Below, in pieces: positions 30,396 through 40,510 of a stretch of DNA of 64,000 nt. Made by a program: the position numbers and the translations under genes. Origin of the DNA: an uncultured Candidatus Saccharibacteria bacterium. GTDB lineage: Bacteria > Patescibacteriota > Minisyncoccia > JBAYJV01. The stretch is from NCBI GenBank assembly GCA_964577395.1, contig CAZNYQ010000008.1, forward strand, positions 57,319 to 121,318, written 5' to 3'. Position 1 is the first letter of the stretch. Every line of letters begins with the position of its first letter. A model generated the notes under the pieces. It was given only the letters and a program-made list of their open reading frames with translations, searched no databases and was not told the DNA's origin.

Positions 30396-31628
30396 ATGAC
30401 TTTGAAAAAAATTTCTGACTTAAAAATATTAAATAAAAAAGTTATTTTGCGAGCTGATTATAATGTTCCGATTAAAAATGGTAAAGTTAATCAGCACAAT
30501 ACATGGAGAATAGATGCCACTCTTAAAACAATTAATTATTTAATCCAGAAGAATGCTCAAATAATTTTATTGTGTCATTTAGGCAGACCTCAAGGGAAAG
30601 TTGACGATAAGCTAAGCGTAAAACCCATAGCGCAATATTTAGCAAAAAAATTAAAAAGAAGATTAATTATTTTAAACAATCAGAGTTCATATTTTAATCC
30701 CGAGCTTAAAAATATTACTTACCGTCTTTACATTATTTCTCGTAAAAATATTAAATCTCTTAGCGAATTAAATCAAAAAGACATTTTAATGTTAGAAAAC
30801 ATTCGCTTTCATAAGGGAGAAAAAACAGATAGCAAAAAATTCGCACAAGAATTAGCTGCCCTAGGAGATGTTTTTATTAACGAGGCTTTTGCTACTTGCC
30901 ATAGAGCCCATGTATCGACTTATTTTTTAGCAAAACTATTACCTGCTGCTGCTGGTTTCCTGCTACAAAAGGAAATTACAACACTTGAAAATTTACTAAA
31001 GAATACCCCTCAACATCCTCTAGTTTTTGTAATGGGAGGAGCAAAAGCTAAGACAAAAACTAGTCTTATTAAAAAATTTCTCCCCCAAGTTGATGATATT
31101 TTAGTTGGTGGGGTCTTAGCTAATACAATTCTATCGGCTCAAGGGATCGCTATTGGGAAATCTATCGTAGATAAAGAGACTGCTCAAAGCCTCAAACAGT
31201 TAGAAATTACAAATACTAAGCTCCATTTACCAGTAGACGTTTTAGTATCATCTGGCATAACAGGCAAACAAAAAATTTCCATCCGTCCTATCGGAAATAT
31301 CGGTAAAGAAAACATGATTCTAGATATTGGTCCCGATACAATTTTGCTTTTTAAATCAATTATTGAAAAAGCAAAAACTATTATTTGGAATGGTCCTATG
31401 GGTTATACTGAGACTGTTCAATTTAGTCACGGTACGGAAGAAATTTTAAAAGCAATTATTGAAAATTCTTCAGCTTATACACTAGCCGGAGGAGGAGAGA
31501 GTATTTCTCAACTAAATAAACATAACAGTTTTAACAAAATTAATTTCGTTTCAACAGGCGGTGGCGCTATGCTTCAACTCCTAGCAGGAAAAAAGCTACC
31601 CTGTATTAAAGTTTTAGAAAGTAATTAA
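30396..31628 (+). CDS. pgk: Phosphoglycerate kinase
   Basis: RADYNVP N-terminus and a C-terminal GGGA...L motif. Confidence 0.9.
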   Translation: MTLKKISDLKILNKKVILRADYNVPIKNGKVNQHNTWRIDATLKTINYLIQKNAQIILLCHLGRPQGKVDDKLSVKPIAQYLAKKLKRRLIILNNQSSYFNPELKNITYRLYIISRKNIKSLSELNQKDILMLENIRFHKGEKTDSKKFAQELAALGDVFINEAFATCHRAHVSTYFLAKLLPAAAGFLLQKEITTLENLLKNTPQHPLVFVMGGAKAKTKTSLIKKFLPQVDDILVGGVLANTILSAQGIAIGKSIVDKETAQSLKQLEITNTKLHLPVDVLVSSGITGKQKISIRPIGNIGKENMILDIGPDTILLFKSIIEKAKTIIWNGPMGYTETVQFSHGTEEILKAIIENSSAYTLAGGGESISQLNKHNSFNKINFVSTGGGAMLQLLAGKKLPCIKVLESN

Positions 31629-31667
31629 AACTCTTAGAAAGCTTTTGTAGGTAATTGAATAACTAGA

Positions 31668-33158
31668 ATGAAAAATATTAAAAAAATATTTCAAGATTTA
31701 GAAAAATGTTACGTTTTTTTTGGTTTAGGGGTAAATGCTTTTAACCGCATAGGCCCAGAAAACTTTTTAGAAAATTATCATATTTTATCACTCCGGGATC
31801 CTTTAGAAAATAAACTTATTAAAAAAGATATAAAAATTTTTGCACTTGAAGAAGGTATAGACAATAAACATCTTAATGCTCCTCGCAATTCCAATACAGT
31901 TATCAAACATCCCAAAACCCAAGCTTACATCCAAAAGCACAGTCAAGAAAAACAGCCAGTTTTTATAGTGTATAAGCCTTTCCTAGCGATGCAGAAAATA
32001 GCTAAAGATAAGAAATGGATACTAGCGACTAATCCTTATAAATTTGGCAAACAACTCTTTGAAAACAAGATTCTTTTTCGCGATATACTCCAAAAAATGG
32101 TATTACCTGTCCCTCCAGGCACAGTTTGTAAGAATACAAAAGAACTTACAAAAAACTTCTCAAATTTTCAAAAAAAATATGGTTCTCCGCTTGTTATTCA
32201 GCATCCAACTAGAGGAGGAGGCAGGGGAACTTTTTTCATAAATAACAAAAAAGAGCTTGAAAAAATCCTACCTGCCCTACAAGAGACCAAGATTCTAGTT
32301 CTAAAATATGTTAAAGGTATTTCTCCTAGTATTACAGGTTGCGTTACCCCTTGGAAAATATTCCATACTTTTCCGCAATATCAAGTTTTAGACATGCCTG
32401 AATGCTATAACTTAGAAACTAAAATGGGCGATGGTTTATGGTGTGGACATGATTGGTCTTTTTCAGCTAAAAATATCGATCAAAAAACAGCTCAACAAGC
32501 TTATAGAGCGACTAAAAAAGTAGGGGAGTATTTAAAGAAAAAAGGTTATAAGGGAATTTTTGGTTTAGATTTTATTCAAGACGAAAAAACTGGCACATTA
32601 TATATAGGAGAATGTAATCCTCGTTTATTAGGATCTTTTCCCGCTTTAACAATGGTTCAATTAAAAAATAAAGAGGTTCCCATCTTAGCTTTACACTTAT
32701 TAAGCTTTCTTAATCTTACTAAAGAACAAAACAATATTATGCGACACATGGCAAATGAAATTCAGGAGCTTATGAAAACACCCAAGCAAGGAGCTCAGTT
32801 AGTTATTCATAATCAAGAATGTGGTTGGGCAAGAAATCAAAGTATTATTAAGCCAGGTGTGTATATCGTTAAAAAAAATCAACTTCACTTTGTGAGACCC
32901 GGCTATAAACTAGAGCACCTTAAACAGACCAATGAATTTCTTTTATCAGATGGACTACCCCATAAAAATGACCCTTTTAGCCCAAATAGACGTATTATGC
33001 GACTAATTACTCAGAAAGAGGTGCTTTTAAACCATTATCAGCTAAATCCTTGGAGCAAGGAAGCAGCTCGAATATCGTATAAATCATTAAAGATAGTTAA
33101 GGTAAAACTATTTCGTTTGAAAAGATTTTTTAATCCACGATTCATGTTAAAAGGTTGA
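31668..33158 (+). CDS. ATP-grasp domain protein of unknown substrate specificity
   Basis: Gly-rich loop IQHPTRGGGRGTFF and the C-terminal ATP-grasp signature GIFGLDFI...GECNPR. The roughly 150-aa N-terminal region and 150-aa C-terminal region are unassigned. Confidence 0.6.
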   Translation: MKNIKKIFQDLEKCYVFFGLGVNAFNRIGPENFLENYHILSLRDPLENKLIKKDIKIFALEEGIDNKHLNAPRNSNTVIKHPKTQAYIQKHSQEKQPVFIVYKPFLAMQKIAKDKKWILATNPYKFGKQLFENKILFRDILQKMVLPVPPGTVCKNTKELTKNFSNFQKKYGSPLVIQHPTRGGGRGTFFINNKKELEKILPALQETKILVLKYVKGISPSITGCVTPWKIFHTFPQYQVLDMPECYNLETKMGDGLWCGHDWSFSAKNIDQKTAQQAYRATKKVGEYLKKKGYKGIFGLDFIQDEKTGTLYIGECNPRLLGSFPALTMVQLKNKEVPILALHLLSFLNLTKEQNNIMRHMANEIQELMKTPKQGAQLVIHNQECGWARNQSIIKPGVYIVKKNQLHFVRPGYKLEHLKQTNEFLLSDGLPHKNDPFSPNRRIMRLITQKEVLLNHYQLNPWSKEAARISYKSLKIVKVKLFRLKRFFNPRFMLKG

Positions 33159-33337
33159 AATAACTTTTAAGAGAGAGAAATAATTAGAGAAGTGAAAATG
33201 AGGATAAATTGTTAACTTCGCACATTGTATATTATGCGACAAATTATTAATGCAACTTGATAACCTCTTCTCTGTTTAGCTTATTTTTTTAAATCTTTTC
33301 TGTCTAGCCCTTTTTGGCCTTATTTTAGAAACATGAC

Positions 33338-33369
33338 GCACGAGATGCTCCTCTCGTGCATTTTTATTT
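33338..33369 (+). terminator. Intrinsic terminator after the tpiA-pgk-ATP-grasp unit
   Basis: gcacgag-atgctcct-ctcgtgc followed by atttttattt. GC-rich stem in an AT-rich spacer. Confidence 0.65.
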
Positions 33370-33566
33370 ATTATGAGGGTAAAACTATATTTAATTATTC
33401 ACTAAAATTAAAAAATCTTAAAAGTAGTTCTTATTTTTCTTTTTTTTATTTTCACTTAAAATTAAAACAATAAAATAGAAATAAAAATAAAAAATAGTCT
33501 TAGCTTAAGGAAAATAGAGAAATTAAATAAAAAAAACAGTTTTTTCATCTTATCTTCTATAAAAAA

Positions 33567-33596
33567 AGAATCTTCTTTTAAAAAGATTTTTTTATT
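33567..33596. terminator. Bidirectional hairpin terminator (serves ddl on the minus strand)
   Basis: aaaaaaagaatctt-cttttaaa-aagattttttt, with A-run and T-run on both sides. Confidence 0.4.
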
Positions 33597-33668
33597 ATCT
33601 TATCATCTACTTTAGCCCACTTCTATGTCGTATAATATCATACGCTTTTTGCCATAAAAATCTATAAT

Positions 33669-34778
33669 TTAAAAAAAAGAATTTCCCTTAAGGTCGCATA
33701 ACATAAAATTCTTTTTTTGTCTTCTCTGTTGATGCTTTTTATTAAACCTCTCTTCTGCTAAATTCACTAATTCATCTAAAAGATCTTCATATTTTAAGCC
33801 TGACGCTTCCCAAAGTTTTGGATACATGCTTATTTTCGTAAAACCAGGAATAGTGTTAGGCTCATTTAAGTAAATCTTACCTGTCCCCTTTTCTACAAGA
33901 AAATCTATTCTTGCCATACCTGATAGTTCAAGAATTTTAAATGTTTTAATGGCAATCTTCTGAATTTTTTTAACTGTTTTATCGGAAAGCTGAGCTGGAA
34001 TAATAAGTTGAGAAGCTTTTCTACCCTTATCGAGATATTTTGCTTTATAACTATAGAATTCTCTAGATGTTATAATCTCTCCCGGAAGAGATACTTTAGG
34101 ATCATTATTGCCCAAAACAGAACACTCGACTTCTTTTGCTTCAATACCTTGTTCTATTAATATTCTTTCTCCATATAGAAAAGCTTTCTGAATAGCCCTT
34201 TTAAGTTTCTCGTTATTGCCTACTTTACTAATACCAATACTTGAACCTAAGCATGCTGGTTTAACAAAAACTGGCCAATCAAATTTATCAATAATGTTCT
34301 TAATAGTTTCTTTACCAAATTCATTCCTTCTAATTGATAGCCATGGAAGAATTTCTATTTTCTCTGTTTCAAAAATTTTCTTTTGCACTATTTTGTCCAT
34401 GCCTAAAACAGAACCATATACATCTGCTCCTATGTAAGGCAGCCCTATCATCTCAGACAGTCCTTGTATGGTTCCATCCTCTCCGTAAGGACCGTGAAGG
34501 ACTGGAAAAATAATATCAACCTTTTTTTTAACATTTCTCTTTGCAATAATTCTTTTAATCAAATCTTTTTTTTCTCCTGTAAAATTTTTAAGTAATAGAT
34601 TAATGCTTTTTTTATGATTCAACCATTTTCCTTTTTTATCTATTGCTAGGGGAAAAATATTGTATTTTTTTGGGTTAAAGCCTAAAATTACTGATTGAGC
34701 TGATTGAAGACTAACTTCATGTTCAGCAGATTGTCCTCCGAAAATAATGAGAATACCCTTTTTCTTCTTATGTCGCAT
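33669..34778 (-). CDS. ddl: D-alanine--D-alanine ligase
   Basis: ATP-grasp Ddl pattern (ILIIFGGQSAEHEVS N-terminus). 369 aa. Confidence 0.9.
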   Translation of the reverse strand: MRHKKKKGILIIFGGQSAEHEVSLQSAQSVILGFNPKKYNIFPLAIDKKGKWLNHKKSINLLLKNFTGEKKDLIKRIIAKRNVKKKVDIIFPVLHGPYGEDGTIQGLSEMIGLPYIGADVYGSVLGMDKIVQKKIFETEKIEILPWLSIRRNEFGKETIKNIIDKFDWPVFVKPACLGSSIGISKVGNNEKLKRAIQKAFLYGERILIEQGIEAKEVECSVLGNNDPKVSLPGEIITSREFYSYKAKYLDKGRKASQLIIPAQLSDKTVKKIQKIAIKTFKILELSGMARIDFLVEKGTGKIYLNEPNTIPGFTKISMYPKLWEASGLKYEDLLDELVNLAEERFNKKHQQRRQKKNFMLCDLKGNSFF

Positions 34779-34889
34779 AATATTAGTTGGGGGTTGGGGT
34801 TTGTAAATATATCTCTATATACACAATATTCATATAACTATATGTATAAAGCACACGGTTATCAAATTTATCAAAGCCCTGACTAAGCC

Positions 34890-36146
34890 CTAAAGATAAT
34901 TTAGTGGATTAAGTGTACCGTCAAAATAATTAAAGTAAATTTGACCATTCTTCTTATAAGTAAAGAATTTATAATAAACACTAAAATGTAAATGAGAACC
35001 AGTTGAAAAACCAGTAGAGCCTTCATATCCTATTACCTGCCCTGCTTCTATTTTATCACCATTATTTTTAAAAGTGGGTCTAATCATATGGGCATACAAG
35101 GTAACTAAATCATTAGGATGTTTAATTGACATCCAATTACCCCATCCATTATTATACCCACTTACAAGTACTTCTCCATCAGCTGCCGCACGAATAGGAC
35201 TACCTAAGCCAGATGACATATCTATACCATTATGTCCTGCTCCTCCATAAGCTCCGGATCGAGCAAAATCTGTCATACCATAACTCTGAGTAAGAATAGG
35301 ATCTTCCTCGGGCCAACGAAATAACTTAGTACCTGCTGATGGAATATTACCTGTTTCTTGGTAAAACAAAAAATTCTTGACTCTCTCAATTTCCTTCTCA
35401 ATCTTAGCAATTTCTCTTAATAAATCTCCTTTTTTACGTAATGTTTCCTGTAATAATTCTTGATAGCGAGCCTCCTCTCCTTGCGTTTCTTGGAGCAGCT
35501 CTTTTTTATTTGATCTTTCATTTGCTAGAGCATATTTTTGTACCGTTGTTCTCTGCTGCAATTCTTCTAATTCCTTCTTCTTTTGTTGATTATTGCTTTT
35601 ATGATTTTCTAATTCTTTTCTTAACGATCGCATTTCCTCAACAGATTTTTGAAGATTTTCTTGGATAACTTCTAAGTAGCGAGTCTGATGGAAAAAATCA
35701 GATAATCTATCGCTACTAAAAAAAACCTCTAGTAAACTCTGTTGATCAAAATTATTAATTGCTTGCAATAGTTGAGCTAAAACTTTTTTCTTCTCTGCAA
35801 TATCTAAAAGCGTCTTATCAATTTCTATGCTTAATGATTGAATAGTCAAATTTTTCAATTCTATCTGACGAGATGTTAGTTGAATATCATTTTCAAGTTT
35901 ATAAATTCTTTGATTAAAAATATCAATTTTATTACTAAGACTTTGGATATCTTTTTCTTTTTTTTGAATATTCTTTTGATAAACTTGTGATTGTTGTTCA
36001 AGATGAGTAACAGTTTCTTGTAATCCTTGCATCTCTTCTTGAAGATTATCTAAAGAGACAGCTTTAACAGTCAAAAAAACACCTAAATTGACAATTAGGA
36101 GCCCCAAAAAAAGCAAAATATTATATTTATACCTTAAACAAAACAT
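34890..36146 (-). CDS. M23/LytM-family peptidase with long N-terminal coiled-coil (EnvC-like)
   Basis: HNGIDM...GSTGFSTGSHLHFSVY catalytic motifs. The N-terminal 250 aa is coiled-coil and there is a signal anchor. Confidence 0.85.
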   Translation of the reverse strand: MFCLRYKYNILLFLGLLIVNLGVFLTVKAVSLDNLQEEMQGLQETVTHLEQQSQVYQKNIQKKEKDIQSLSNKIDIFNQRIYKLENDIQLTSRQIELKNLTIQSLSIEIDKTLLDIAEKKKVLAQLLQAINNFDQQSLLEVFFSSDRLSDFFHQTRYLEVIQENLQKSVEEMRSLRKELENHKSNNQQKKKELEELQQRTTVQKYALANERSNKKELLQETQGEEARYQELLQETLRKKGDLLREIAKIEKEIERVKNFLFYQETGNIPSAGTKLFRWPEEDPILTQSYGMTDFARSGAYGGAGHNGIDMSSGLGSPIRAAADGEVLVSGYNNGWGNWMSIKHPNDLVTLYAHMIRPTFKNNGDKIEAGQVIGYEGSTGFSTGSHLHFSVYYKFFTYKKNGQIYFNYFDGTLNPLNYL

Positions 36147-36160
36147 TTTCCCTGATTATA

Positions 36161-37582
36161 TTAATTATTAATAACTTGAATAGCTTTTTCAATTCGTTTA
36201 AGAGCTTTTTCTTTGCCTAAAACTGCTCCCATCTCAAAAGGGCTGGGAGATTTATTTTTACCGGTTAAAGCAACCCTTAATGGCCACAAAAGCTTTCCTC
36301 TGTCATGATCAAAATCCTTGGCTTTCTGAAGCAATCTTTTTTGAAGAAATTCAATCTTAAAATTATTTTTATCTATCTTTTGTAAAATTTTCAAAGACGC
36401 ACAGAGACTTTTATTTAAATCTTCCCTGGTCATATCTTTCCAGGTTAGTATTTCAATAGAACAAACAGGTTCTTGTAAGTATATATCAATATCTTCTGTA
36501 ATATCACTTAATCTTTTAAGTCTAGGCTGACTAATAGCAACAATTCTTTTCAAATAAGCTAATTTAATATTATAACTAGCTAAGTATGGCTTAACAAGTT
36601 CAGTTAACCTATCAACGCTTAATTGATGAATATAATAACCATTAAGCCAGTTTAGTTTTTCAATATCAAAAACGGCTCCTGCTTGATGAACCTTAGCAAA
36701 AGAAAATTCTTTAATTAAAGTTACCTTATCAAAAATCTCTTTATCATTACCCGGATTCCACCCTAATAAAGCCATAAAATTAACCATAGCTTCTGATAAA
36801 TACCCTTCTTTTTTATACTTACTTAAGGAAATCGGATTATGGCGTTTAGAAAGCTTGGTTTTATCTTTACCTAAAATAAGAGGTAGGTGACCAAAAATAG
36901 GAGAATTAAACTTTAAATTTTGTTGTAAAAGTATTTGTTTAGGAGTATTTGAAATATGATCCTCCCCTCGAATAACATGACTAATTTTCATTTCTTGATC
37001 GTCTATAACAGCTGCAAAATTATATAAGGGTTCATCTATCGATCTCGCTAGAGCAAAATCGCCAATAACTTCACTATTAAATTTTACCTCTCCTCTAACA
37101 AGATCATTGAAAATAATTTCTTTATTATGAGGTGTTTTGAAGCGAATTACATAATCACTCCCCTTGTCTATTTTCTTTTGAGCTTCTTCTAAAGACATAT
37201 TTCTGTCAGGCGACCAAAAAACTTCTTGCTCCTTGCAAGAACGCTTTTTAAAACAATAAAAAGCTTTACCTTCTTCTAAAAGCTTGGTTAAATATTTTTT
37301 ATAAAGATCGTTGCGATCAGATTGGCGATAAGGAGAATAAGCACCTCCCTTCTCTGGTCCTTCATCTGGTTCTATGCCAAGCCAATTAAGGCCTTGGAGA
37401 ATATCCTGTTCATACTCTTTTTTTGACCTTACAGCATCCGTATCTTCAATTCTCAAAATAAATTGACCTCTTTTCTGTTTAGCAAAAATATAATTAAAAA
37501 GTGCTGTCCGTGCTGTACCAATATGAAAAAGTCCTGTAGGCGAAGGCGCTATACGAACACGAATATTTTGATGTTTTGTCAT
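36161..37582 (-). CDS. gltX: Glutamyl-tRNA synthetase
   Basis: PSPTGLFHIGTARTALFNY (HIGH) and KLSKR (KMSKS). Confidence 0.9.
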   Translation of the reverse strand: MTKHQNIRVRIAPSPTGLFHIGTARTALFNYIFAKQKRGQFILRIEDTDAVRSKKEYEQDILQGLNWLGIEPDEGPEKGGAYSPYRQSDRNDLYKKYLTKLLEEGKAFYCFKKRSCKEQEVFWSPDRNMSLEEAQKKIDKGSDYVIRFKTPHNKEIIFNDLVRGEVKFNSEVIGDFALARSIDEPLYNFAAVIDDQEMKISHVIRGEDHISNTPKQILLQQNLKFNSPIFGHLPLILGKDKTKLSKRHNPISLSKYKKEGYLSEAMVNFMALLGWNPGNDKEIFDKVTLIKEFSFAKVHQAGAVFDIEKLNWLNGYYIHQLSVDRLTELVKPYLASYNIKLAYLKRIVAISQPRLKRLSDITEDIDIYLQEPVCSIEILTWKDMTREDLNKSLCASLKILQKIDKNNFKIEFLQKRLLQKAKDFDHDRGKLLWPLRVALTGKNKSPSPFEMGAVLGKEKALKRIEKAIQVINN

Positions 37583-37671
37583 TATAACTTATATTAACTT
37601 AACAAAATAAGTCTTCTTTAAAAAGAATTTCAATTTATGATTATATCACAAAAATATTCAATTTGAAGTAT

Positions 37672-37697
37672 AAAAAAAGGGGAAATACTCCCCTTTC
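37672..37697 (-). terminator. Intrinsic terminator after the 190-aa ORF (minus strand)
   Basis: Minus-strand aaagggg-agtattt-cccctttttttt. Confidence 0.55.
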
Positions 37698-38268
37698 ATA
37701 ACAAGGAACAGTCCTGCTGGAAAGTTACCTGTCCCCCGGTAACTCTTCTGGTCCGACTCCCTCGCCTTCTAATGCCTAAGTCTTTGATAATATTTTTGAT
37801 TGTTTCTTCTTGAGCAAGATTTGTTTTGAATTGATATCTAGTTTTTCCGCTCTGATTTTCAGGTTTAGCAATAAAGATATTTCCTATACTTGTTAAGTTT
37901 GTACGCATGATATATTTAGATCCCTTTTTAGGAAATTTCTTTCTGACATTAGCTCGTTTAATTGATATTATTACGCCATTAGGCTCTTCAATAACACAAT
38001 CAAAAACTATATAAGAATATCCTTGGACTTTCTCATCAAAAATACCTAAAGGATCAACTTTTGGATCAACTCTACTATATGAATAAAAAGATTGCTCTTT
38101 TTGAGAACCAGCGAAATAGCCAGGGAATCTTCTTGCTATAGAACAATTTTTTATCTGCTCTCTAATCCAAAATACTAATGCTTCTTTTCTGGCAATCTCT
38201 CTCGCCTGACGTATTTTTGGTCTTTCTATTTTCTGACAAGCTTTTAGAAAACTTATCTTTTCCGTCAT
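37696..38268 (-). CDS. Hypothetical protein with Arg-rich, GC-rich C-terminal tail
   Basis: 190-aa ORF immediately after murG. No TM segment and no recognised family. The last 30 codons are unusually GC-rich for this genome. Confidence 0.5.
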   Translation of the reverse strand: MTEKISFLKACQKIERPKIRQAREIARKEALVFWIREQIKNCSIARRFPGYFAGSQKEQSFYSYSRVDPKVDPLGIFDEKVQGYSYIVFDCVIEEPNGVIISIKRANVRKKFPKKGSKYIMRTNLTSIGNIFIAKPENQSGKTRYQFKTNLAQEETIKNIIKDLGIRRRGSRTRRVTGGQVTFQQDCSLL

Positions 38269-38281
38269 CTCAACCCCTCCT

Positions 38282-39400
38282 TTATTTAGAGTTTATTTCT
38301 TGTAAAAGAACTTGTGATATTTTTTTACTAGCATCGTTTTTACTAAAACTTTCAGCTGCTTTTTTCATATTCTCATATTTTTTATTACTATCAAGTAATT
38401 GATTAATTCTATTTAAAATAGTATGAGATTGTTTTTTAGGATTTTCAAAAACTATTGTTGCTCCTTTTGCCATATATGAGTAAGCATTTTTACGTTGATG
38501 ATCGCCTGCTGCACCAAGTAAGGGAATTAAAATAGAAGGTTTTTTTGCCTGAGCAATATTAAAAATAGATCCTGAACCAGCCCTTGAAATGACTAAAGCG
38601 CAAGCTTTAAAAGCGTAAGTCATATTTTCTTCATCCAAAAATTTATCTATATGATAGTTTTTAATTTTTTCAGAAGAAAAATTCTTTTTAATACGATTCT
38701 TAAAAACCTTAAAATCATGATGACCAACAACATGAACAATTGAATATTTAACAAGCAGATCGTTTAACAAGTTAAAAATTAACTCGTTAATTTCAGTTGA
38801 TCCTTGAGATCCTCCTAAAACTAAAATCATGGGTTTATCTGTTGGCAAGTCTAATTTTCTTTTTATTTGAATAACAGATAATTCGGTTTGCAAATTTCTC
38901 GTTGGATTTCCTGTTAATATAATATTCTCAGTTTTTCTTAATTCTTGTCGAGTTTCTTCAAAAGAAATTAAACACTTTTTAGCCCAGCGACTAAAAATTT
39001 TATTAACTAATCCTGGAACTACATCCGATTCATGAACAATAATAGGTATTTTATATAATAAAGCAGCTAACCCAATAGGCAAAGCTCCAAAACCACCTTT
39101 AATGAATACTAAATCAGGCTTTTTTTGCCTTAAAAAAAACATTGCTTGAATAAGACCTACTTTTATTTGAAACAAACTTAATAAGTTTTTAAAGGAAAAA
39201 TAACGACGAAATTTCCCACTAACAATTTTTTTAAACTTAATATTTTCTTTTCTTAAAATGTCAATGTTGTAAGGTTCAGGAGCAACAAAATACATTTGTA
39301 AATTAGCTTTCTGCTTTAAAGATCTAGCAATAGCTATAATAGGATAAAAGTGCCCACCTGTACCACCACCAGCGAAAAAAATTGTTTTTTGTTTTTGCAT
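38282..39400 (-). CDS. murG: UDP-GlcNAc:undecaprenyl-PP-MurNAc-pentapeptide GlcNAc transferase
   Basis: FFAGGGTGGHFYP N-terminus. GT28. Confidence 0.9.
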   Translation of the reverse strand: MQKQKTIFFAGGGTGGHFYPIIAIARSLKQKANLQMYFVAPEPYNIDILRKENIKFKKIVSGKFRRYFSFKNLLSLFQIKVGLIQAMFFLRQKKPDLVFIKGGFGALPIGLAALLYKIPIIVHESDVVPGLVNKIFSRWAKKCLISFEETRQELRKTENIILTGNPTRNLQTELSVIQIKRKLDLPTDKPMILVLGGSQGSTEINELIFNLLNDLLVKYSIVHVVGHHDFKVFKNRIKKNFSSEKIKNYHIDKFLDEENMTYAFKACALVISRAGSGSIFNIAQAKKPSILIPLLGAAGDHQRKNAYSYMAKGATIVFENPKKQSHTILNRINQLLDSNKKYENMKKAAESFSKNDASKKISQVLLQEINSK

Positions 39401-39405
39401 ATATA

Positions 39406-40506
39406 TTATTCTTGCACAGTATACTTAGAAATATTTAATAAAATACCAATTCCCATTAAGGTAGCAACATAAGAAGAGCTACCGTAGCTTACCAATGGAA
39501 GAGTTAGTCCTGTTAATGGCATTAAGCCCGATATAGCCGTAATATTCACAAAAGCTTGAGTAATAATCATTACTGTTATTCCTCCACTTACGAGAGAAGC
39601 AAACAAATCAGTTGATGTTTTAGAAATTTTAAAACCTCGAAAAGCTATAATTAAGAAACTTATAATAAGTACTATTCCTCCAATCAATCCCATTTCCTCA
39701 ACAACAATCACAAAAATAGAATCTCCTATGACCTCAGGAAGATAACCTGTTTTCTGAAAGCTTTTACCGTAACCCTGTCCAAAAATCCCTCCCGACCCAA
39801 TACCAATGAGAGCCTGTCTGGTTTGATATCCTGATCCTAGGGGATCTTCTTTTGGATTAAGGAAAGACTGAATTCTTGCAAAACGATACGGGGAAACATA
39901 TATTACCAATAGTAAAACTAATAGTCCTACCGATATAATAGCAAGAATATGCCTTATTTTCAGGCCAGCCATCCATAATAACGATAAACTAACAATATAA
40001 ATGATAAAAAGACTACCTACATCTGGCTGCAATAAGAAGAAAATTCCCAAAAGTCCATTAAGAAAAATGAAAGGTAAGATTGTCTTTCCAAAAGAGTTAA
40101 CATCGCGTTTTTTATTTGCAAATAAAGCCGATAAATAAATTAAGAAAGTTAGTTTCACAAACTCAGCTGGCTGGAAAACTATTCCTCCTAATTCAAGCCA
40201 ACTTCTTGCTCCTCCTAGTTTAACTCCCATTTTAGGTAAGAATAACAAAAAAAGCAAAATTAAAGATAATATAAATCCTATTAAGGAAAAACGACGAAAG
40301 AGATTATAGTTTATTTTACTAAAAAGCGTTAGAAATCCTAATCCTAATAAAACACCAAATATAATTTGGTGTTTTAAATAATAATAACTTTCCCCAAAAA
40401 GATGTTGAGATTTAACTAAAGAAGCACTTGCTAAAATCAATAATCCATAAACTATTAAAAAAATCGTTGTTCCCAGTAAAATTTTATCGGGAGTGTGATT
40501 TTTCAT
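39406..40506 (-). CDS. ftsW: SEDS-family peptidoglycan polymerase FtsW/RodA
   Basis: 10-TM SEDS pattern, between murD and murG. Confidence 0.85.
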   Translation of the reverse strand: MKNHTPDKILLGTTIFLIVYGLLILASASLVKSQHLFGESYYYLKHQIIFGVLLGLGFLTLFSKINYNLFRRFSLIGFILSLILLFLLFLPKMGVKLGGARSWLELGGIVFQPAEFVKLTFLIYLSALFANKKRDVNSFGKTILPFIFLNGLLGIFFLLQPDVGSLFIIYIVSLSLLWMAGLKIRHILAIISVGLLVLLLVIYVSPYRFARIQSFLNPKEDPLGSGYQTRQALIGIGSGGIFGQGYGKSFQKTGYLPEVIGDSIFVIVVEEMGLIGGIVLIISFLIIAFRGFKISKTSTDLFASLVSGGITVMIITQAFVNITAISGLMPLTGLTLPLVSYGSSSYVATLMGIGILLNISKYTVQE

Positions 40507-40510
40507 AACA

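Noticed and set aside
32044-32241. 65-aa ORF nested in the ATP-grasp gene, and the 34704-34886 ORF in the ddl/M23 spacer
   Set aside because: The first is in an alternative frame of a clear longer CDS. The second is a low-complexity frame in a probable promoter region with no start context.
37690-37780. Possible tRNA in the GC-rich patch at the 3-prime end of the 190-aa ORF
   Set aside because: ggtccgactcc resembles a T-arm, but no complementary acceptor stem, D-arm or anticodon arm can be built on either strand.
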